This document shows positions 32,069 to 36,358 of a stretch of DNA of 36,358 nt, in pieces (position 1 is the first letter of the stretch; each line of letters starts with the position of its first letter). The DNA is taken from positions 1-36,358 of the forward strand of contig JBIMKC010000005.1 of NCBI GenBank assembly GCA_043673925.1. The letters run 5' to 3'. Both the position numbers and the translations under genes were made by a program. A model generated the notes under the pieces. That model searched no databases. It had not been told where the DNA came from and worked only from the letters and a program-made list of their open reading frames with translations. The DNA comes from Chromatiales bacterium. Its GTDB lineage: Bacteria; Pseudomonadota; Gammaproteobacteria; JACCXJ01.

Positions 32069-32371
32069 TTATACCACCTGTCCGATCTTGAATATGGGTA
32101 AATACAGCGCAATCACCAAGCCACCGATAACGACGCCTAAGAACGCCATGATGATCGGTTCGAGCAAGCTCGTTAGCGCCGCCACTACATCATCAACCTC
32201 TTGTTCATACCAGTCCGCGACCTTACCGAGCATGGTATCGAGAGCACCCGACTCTTCACCTATCGCCACCATCTGAATAGCCATTTTGGGGAAGATTTTT
32301 GAATCGCGCATCGCCACGTTCAGCTGGATGCCTGCGGAAATTTCATCGCGCATACTTATGGTCGCATCTCT
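32069..32371 (-). pseudogene. pilC: pilC remnant (only about the last 100 codons of the T4P platform protein)
   Basis: RDATISMRDEISAG...FPKMAIQMVAIGEESGALDTMLGKVA.WYE.EVD...LEPIIM...YLPIFKIGQVV is the C-terminal T2SSF domain. The frame hits TAA a few codons upstream, whereas full PilC is about 400 aa. Confidence 0.92.
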
Positions 32372-32591
32372 TCGTTACCTATCTCGAGATCCTCGAGGTT
32401 TCCGAGGTCATCATCGCCTAACTGAGATAGGCTCGTGTCCGCGGCATCGAGGGCCTTCTCGATGGCTTTGGCGAGTGTGCTTCTTCGACGAGAACGGCTT
32501 CGGTGTTGGCGCCTACGTGGAATACCGTATTGAATCAATGCATGCTGCCAAAGAGGGTGTTTTTTTGATCGTGAACTAACCGCTCCGAAAG
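32366..32591 (-). pseudogene. pilB: pilB remnant (fragments of the N-terminal domain, frameshifted, no ATPase domain)
   Basis: Minus strand: FHVGANTEAVLVEE (32522-32481), a 1-nt loss at about 32476-32480, then LAKAIEKALDAADTSLSQLGDDDLGNLEDLEIGNEE, matching the PilB N1/acidic-linker region. A weaker LSERLVHD (32591-32568) resembles the PilB N-terminal L.RRLV.D. Confidence 0.8.
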
Positions 32592-32654
32592 AGAATCTAC
32601 CGTACGCTCTCGCGACTGCTACGTTTGGAGGAGTATATATTAGGCCTGCGAATT

Positions 32655-33161
32655 TTATTTTTTGAAAGACTCGGCATTCGGTTCGGTATGAGCCGAAGAG
32701 GTTTCGGATGCATTGGAGATCGGTGTACGGACGCCGTTCGCCCTTAGAGCCCCCTGGGGTTGTTTGGCGGGTGTTTCGTCTTTCCGGATGCGGCGGTCTC
32801 CGGGCACGTTATCACTTAGCATTACCATGTGCTCGTCGCACAGGTTTACAGAACTTTTCGCGAGATGCTCATAAACCGCTCGATAATTTACCGTTAAGCT
32901 ATTAAAAAGATCGGCGGCCTTAGAAAAATGATCAGTCACCCTCTGGTGGTATTCATCCGAGGCCGATTGCGACTTTTCAAGGGCTATCCTCGTCTGATCG
33001 AACTCCGTCCGCGTCTTATCCAGATCGGCTCGCATTTGTTCGATTTCTGCTTTGAGCGCTTTTATGCGTTTTGCCCCGGTTGAGAAAAAACGGCCGACCA
33101 CCATACCGAATACGAACATGATGGGCATCGTCACCCAGAGCCACAACCTAAGATCTTCCAT
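32655..33161 (-). CDS. zapG: YhcB/ZapG family (DUF1043) inner-membrane protein
   Basis: N-terminal TM ending G.VVGR, long coiled coil, EYHQRVTDHFSKAADLFNSLTVNYRAVYEHLAKSS signature; AAGGAG RBS. Confidence 0.85.
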   Translation of the reverse strand: MEDLRLWLWVTMPIMFVFGMVVGRFFSTGAKRIKALKAEIEQMRADLDKTRTEFDQTRIALEKSQSASDEYHQRVTDHFSKAADLFNSLTVNYRAVYEHLAKSSVNLCDEHMVMLSDNVPGDRRIRKDETPAKQPQGALRANGVRTPISNASETSSAHTEPNAESFKK

Positions 33162-33481
33162 ACAACATCTCCTTGATGTGATTAACGACTACGGCCGGAC
33201 ATACGCGGGCACCGCATGTATATCGAGTGTATGTCTCATTTAAAAGATTTTCTATTAGCACTTCCATAATCGATGTCAGCATGAAATACGTCATGGGAAG
33301 GAATGTAGGCATCCAGACCGCAGGACGCGCCGATAGTTACTATAACCATGCGGCAACAAGCCGACCTAGATGAATGTGTGTAAGCCCGGATAAGTGCGTT
33401 GTGGAATAGCAACATTGTATTCATTAAAAAACTTTCTCGTTGCGTTTATACAAACATAGCTTTAATAAACCGGTGGGTTGC

Positions 33482-33495
33482 GTTGTAAATACAAC
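33482..33495. promoter_or_regulatory. Palindromic operator candidate GTTGTA-AA-TACAAC
   Basis: Perfect 6-2-6 inverted repeat in the divergent zapG/porin spacer; an imperfect relative, GTTTATACAAAC, lies at 33444-33455. Confidence 0.45.
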
Positions 33496-33600
33496 TCATC
33501 CGTATAAATCCGGTTTACGAGCATCTTAATGCATCCTCAATACGGTGGCGATATTGAGTAAACCACGGACGCATTATCTAGCGCATACCTGGAGGTTTGT

Positions 33601-34143
33601 ATGAAGAAAGGGGATCGACATTCGTTGGGCGGGAGTCCTAAGCTCGGCGGCAGTGGTGGGGTTCGCGGCGAGTCCTGCCAATGCCGTGGTGGTGGTCGGC
33701 TGCAACAACGGGTGGGAAGCCAGGTTCGAGGGTAGCGTGAGCGGTATCTATATCTAGGATTCCGAGAGTCTACCCAGCTTCTGCCATAGAAGACTCGGAA
33801 ACGGGTTCGTTGGACGCAATCGACGAGGATAACTCTCGGGTGCGAAGCGGTCTTCTGCCCGCGATGCAGCCAGTTTTGCCATCGGCCACAGCGGTTATGG
33901 TTACCTCTATCCGATCTAAACCGTCCGGTTTTCCTATAAGACCCAGGGGTACTACGGCTTCCAGGTTGAGATCGGCATGTTCGACCCAAGCGAAATCAAC
34001 AACGACGTCAGATCGGTTGACGCGGATGAGACCGACACGCCGCGCAAGGTGGAAGCCTGGGGTGTGGCGGCGGGGTCATGGTCGGTTGGGAGGGCGTTGA
34101 GGTATCCTTGTCCTGTTCTACGGGCGAGGCCCTCGGCAGCACG
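33601..34143 (+). pseudogene. Gram-negative outer membrane porin pseudogene
   Basis: GGAGG RBS then ATG 33601 (MKKG). After a frameshift in the G run (33610-33613): signal peptide ...AAVVGFAASPANA/VVVVG.NNGWEARFEGSVSGIYI*. Later blocks in changing frames: DNSRVRSGLLPA; GH.GYGYLYP.*.VRFSYKT..YYGFQVEIGMFDPS; ETDTPR; VEAWGVAAG/VMVGWEGVEV.LS..TGEALGST. Stops at 33755 and 33917. Confidence 0.78.
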
Positions 34144-34550
34144 GTGGCCGGGAGAGCGGCGAGGCGCATGAGTGGCGGATCGTATCCGTGAAGGGCCAAT
34201 CGTTCTACAACTCGGGCGGGGAGATACGCGCAAATTGGCTGGTCATCGACCTGCCCACAATGTTGGCCGCGCTGCATGAGAAAGCGACGGATTTGCCGGC
34301 ACCCGTGGCCAAGGAAGCTGAACGCGCCCGCGCGGAAGCTCGGCGCTTGGGGGGTGAGCGGCGACAGGTGCGTGAAGAGATGGCCAGGATGCGGGAAGAA
34401 ATGCGGAAGCTGGGTGCGTCAAAGGGTGGATCATCGGCTTCCGTGACGTTAGCGCGGAGACTGGCTACGCTGGGGTGGCTAAAGTAGAAAAACTTGATTT
34501 CGCGCGAGGAATACGATTCAAAACGGCAAGAAGTCATGAATGATTTATAA
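34143..34550 (+). pseudogene. 3' fragment of a SHOCT-domain protein gene with a premature TAG
   Basis: One frame: GGRESGEAHEWRIVSVKGQSFY...RANWLVIDL, a coiled coil, then RRLATLGWLK*(TAG 34485-34487)KNLISREEYDSKRQEVMNDL*(TAA 34548-34550). The stop splits a typical SHOCT motif. No credible start or signal peptide. Confidence 0.78.
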
Positions 34551-34631
34551 GCATACCGGAGTACGAGGCGCGTCATTATTTCTCGGGCTATGTCGTGAGT
34601 CGTAATTCTCAAGGGCAGGATACCAGCGGCC

Positions 34632-35330
34632 ATGCGCTATACGGTTCTAATCACAGGGTGTAATAGGGGCCTTGGCCTGGAATTCGTGCGCCAATACGCT
34701 CAAGCCGGATGGCGGGTGTTTGCGACCTGCCGTAATCCTGAACAGGCCATAGCCCTTAATCGAATCGCTTCGGCGTCGCAGAAGCACGTTACCGTTCACC
34801 GCTTGGATATTGCGAACCGAAAGCAAATCAAAGAGGTAGTGTCCGCAATCGGTGAGACGCCGATCGACTTATTGCTTAATAATGCCGGTATCGACGGGCA
34901 AAGAAATGCGCAGTTCGGCGCCACGGACGAAGCGCGGTGGCTGGAAGCCTTCCGGGTCAATGCGATCGCTCAAATGAAGGTGATGGAGGCGTTGATCGAC
35001 TCAGTTGGGCGCAGCAAGAAGCGAATGATCGTTTGCTTAGGCAGTAAGATGGCGAGCATGTCCGAGAACAACTCCGGTAGTAGCTATGTGTATCGTTCTA
35101 CCAAGGCGGCGCTCAACGCTATCGTTCGTAGCGCGGCGATCGATCTGCGGCCAAAAGACATCGCCGTCGTGGTGGTGCACCCCGGTTGGGTCAAGACAGA
35201 TATGGGCGGAGTTAACGCCCAGATCGACGCACCGGACAGCGTCCGCCGGTTACGCGAGCTTATCGATAAGGTCACGCTCGCCGACAGCGGCAAATTCTTA
35301 AATTTGGACGGCACGCTTATCACCTGGTAA
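34632..35330 (+). CDS. Short-chain dehydrogenase/reductase, CsgA (C-factor)-like
   Basis: VLITGCNRGLG (TGxxxGxG), NNAG, YRSTK (YxxxK), HPGWVKTDMGG, SGKF..LDG..I.W. Confidence 0.92.
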   Translation: MRYTVLITGCNRGLGLEFVRQYAQAGWRVFATCRNPEQAIALNRIASASQKHVTVHRLDIANRKQIKEVVSAIGETPIDLLLNNAGIDGQRNAQFGATDEARWLEAFRVNAIAQMKVMEALIDSVGRSKKRMIVCLGSKMASMSENNSGSSYVYRSTKAALNAIVRSAAIDLRPKDIAVVVVHPGWVKTDMGGVNAQIDAPDSVRRLRELIDKVTLADSGKFLNLDGTLITW

Positions 35331-35336
35331 TTGACT

Positions 35337-36152
35337 CTACGGCGGTGACTGGGACCCTGGTTGGCTGGAGCGCGGCACGTACTCGATATGCGAACCCGGT
35401 TCCTTCGCGATGAGGTCGCGGGTGTTGACCGATACGCTTTCGCGATCCAAAGCCCGCGGGTAGCGAGTCCTATTATTATTGCGGGCTCTAATCAACACCC
35501 AATACCCAAAGACGTTAGCGCGGCTTTTATCAATCACATCGAGATTGGATTCTTGAATAAATGTATCCAATGACAGGTCCGTTCTAAAGCCAAGAAGGCG
35601 CGATAAGGGGGCGAGGAATCGTTCAATACCGCCCAGCACTCGATTTCGACTTTTGAAGTGGTTAAGAAAAAACAGTTCGCCACCGGGTTTACAGACTCGG
35701 CGCATCTCGTTTACGAGGCGCTCTGGATGCGGTACGACGGAGGCCACATAAATCGCAGCCACCTTGTCGAAGGTATGGTCGGTGAAATGCGTCCGTTCCG
35801 CGTCCATCACGCTCAGAGCGACAACGTGGTCGAGGCCAAGGCGTTCCTTGCGAGCGCGGGCGCGCTCAAGCATTTCCGAGGATACATCAATTCCCGTGAT
35901 CTCGACGTCCGGTGGGTACAAATCGAGCGTGAGCCCGGTGCCGACGCCGACTTCTAGGATCCGATCCCCAGGATTGCACCCCATCTTCCTGATCGCCGTG
36001 TGACGGCCCTTCTGCATGACCGGACCAAAATAGACATCGTAGAAGCCCGCGTAACGCCGATAGGCGTTGCGTACCGCGTCGAGATCCATGTGAGCATGCC
36101 CGTTTCGCCGCGATTTCTTCCCGCCCAACGCTGATTTTATGCTTTTTTTCAT
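35337..36152 (-). CDS. pmtA: Class I SAM-dependent methyltransferase, likely phosphatidylethanolamine N-methyltransferase (Rhodobacter/Legionella-type PmtA)
   Basis: AYRRYA.FYD.YFG, ILEVGVGTGL, GIDVS.EML, MDAE...F.D..FD, YVASVVP.P, EMRRVCKPGG, NHF. Start set at ATG 36152, which follows GAGG. Confidence 0.8.
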   Translation of the reverse strand: MKKSIKSALGGKKSRRNGHAHMDLDAVRNAYRRYAGFYDVYFGPVMQKGRHTAIRKMGCNPGDRILEVGVGTGLTLDLYPPDVEITGIDVSSEMLERARARKERLGLDHVVALSVMDAERTHFTDHTFDKVAAIYVASVVPHPERLVNEMRRVCKPGGELFFLNHFKSRNRVLGGIERFLAPLSRLLGFRTDLSLDTFIQESNLDVIDKSRANVFGYWVLIRARNNNRTRYPRALDRESVSVNTRDLIAKEPGSHIEYVPRSSQPGSQSPP

Positions 36153-36264
36153 GACGACCTCGTTATTCTCTTGCCGTGAGCTTACCTGAGCCGACCCCAC
36201 ACGGTCCCTGGGACCCAACGATTGCTCGGCTCACCCCTAGGGGACAAGTTTAAATTTTAAGTAA

Positions 36265-36292
36265 TAATGGCGTTGGAACATATGGATTTCAA
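36265..36292 (-). promoter_or_regulatory. Candidate promoter of pmtA (sigma32-like)
   Basis: Minus strand TTGAAA (36292-36287), 14 nt, CGCCATTA (36272-36265). It can also be read as a weak sigma70 promoter TTGAAA-N17-CATTAT. Confidence 0.35.
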
Positions 36293-36358
36293 TGGGTCGT
36301 TCATACCAGTTACTGTTTCGCTTTGAAATGGTTTACGCATCAAACGCTACTGTGGGCT

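Noticed and set aside
32356-32579. ORFs 32356..32538 (-) and 32286..32579 (+) as new small proteins
   Set aside because: The first is a frameshift chimera of pilB fragments; the second is its antisense shadow.
32625-32645. GGAGGAG on the plus strand as the RBS of a lost divergent pilA
   Set aside because: No start codon or class III signal peptide (GFTLIE-like) follows, so there is too little evidence.
34485-34487. In-frame TAG in the SHOCT gene as stop-codon recoding or readthrough
   Set aside because: TAG ends several intact genes here (mraZ, murF, mraY, ftsW, argJ) at expected positions, and the gene is also truncated at its 5' end, so a nonsense mutation is simpler.
32050-34630. Genomic island, prophage or IS as the cause of the disrupted region
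   Set aside because: No integrase, transposase, tRNA attachment site, terminal inverted repeats or target duplications were seen.
33236-34633. ORFs 33236..33424, 33537..33989, 33952..34233, 34008..34277, 34205..34633 (-) and 33810..34100, 33977..34171 (+) as independent genes
   Set aside because: Most are fragments or antisense shadows of the porin and SHOCT pseudogenes; 33236..33424 lies in the AT-richer spacer and has no motif or RBS.
36176-36245. TPP or SAH riboswitch upstream of pmtA
   Set aside because: CTAGGGGTG resembles a TPP 5' end, but CTGAGA and the CCTGA/TAAT core are absent; the SAH GAGGAGCG core is also absent.

Overview
A gammaproteobacterial chromosomal segment. About 1-32,000 is intact housekeeping DNA: the 3' end of sspB, the dolP-gmhA/diaA-yraN-lpoA group, rsmI, the RNase P RNA (rnpB) and a complete dcw cluster (mraZ rsmH ftsL ftsI murE murF mraY murD ftsW murG murC murB ddl ftsQ ftsA ftsZ lpxC) with a near-consensus sigma70 promoter and MraZ boxes. 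These are followed by dciA, secA, argJ, a MutT/ThiE-like fusion and, on the minus strand, pilD-coaE-zapD-yacG. The unusual part is about 32,050-34,550, which the ORF track breaks into meaningless pieces. Read across frames, it holds eroded envelope genes: (i) a pilB remnant fused by a large deletion to the 3' end of pilC, with no pilA; (ii) an intact zapG/yhcB; (iii) a porin pseudogene with frameshifts, stops and internal deletions, fused by another deletion to the 3' part of a SHOCT-domain gene that has a premature TAG. An intact CsgA-like SDR and a PmtA-type phospholipid methyltransferase end the window. I found no CRISPR array, tRNA, rRNA, transposase or integrase, and no convincing new functional system. 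The best signals are the deletion-fused pseudogenes, a possible rewired zapG-pilD-coaE-zapD-yacG transcription unit and a few candidate regulatory elements. Family calls come from motif recognition by eye, not database searches.
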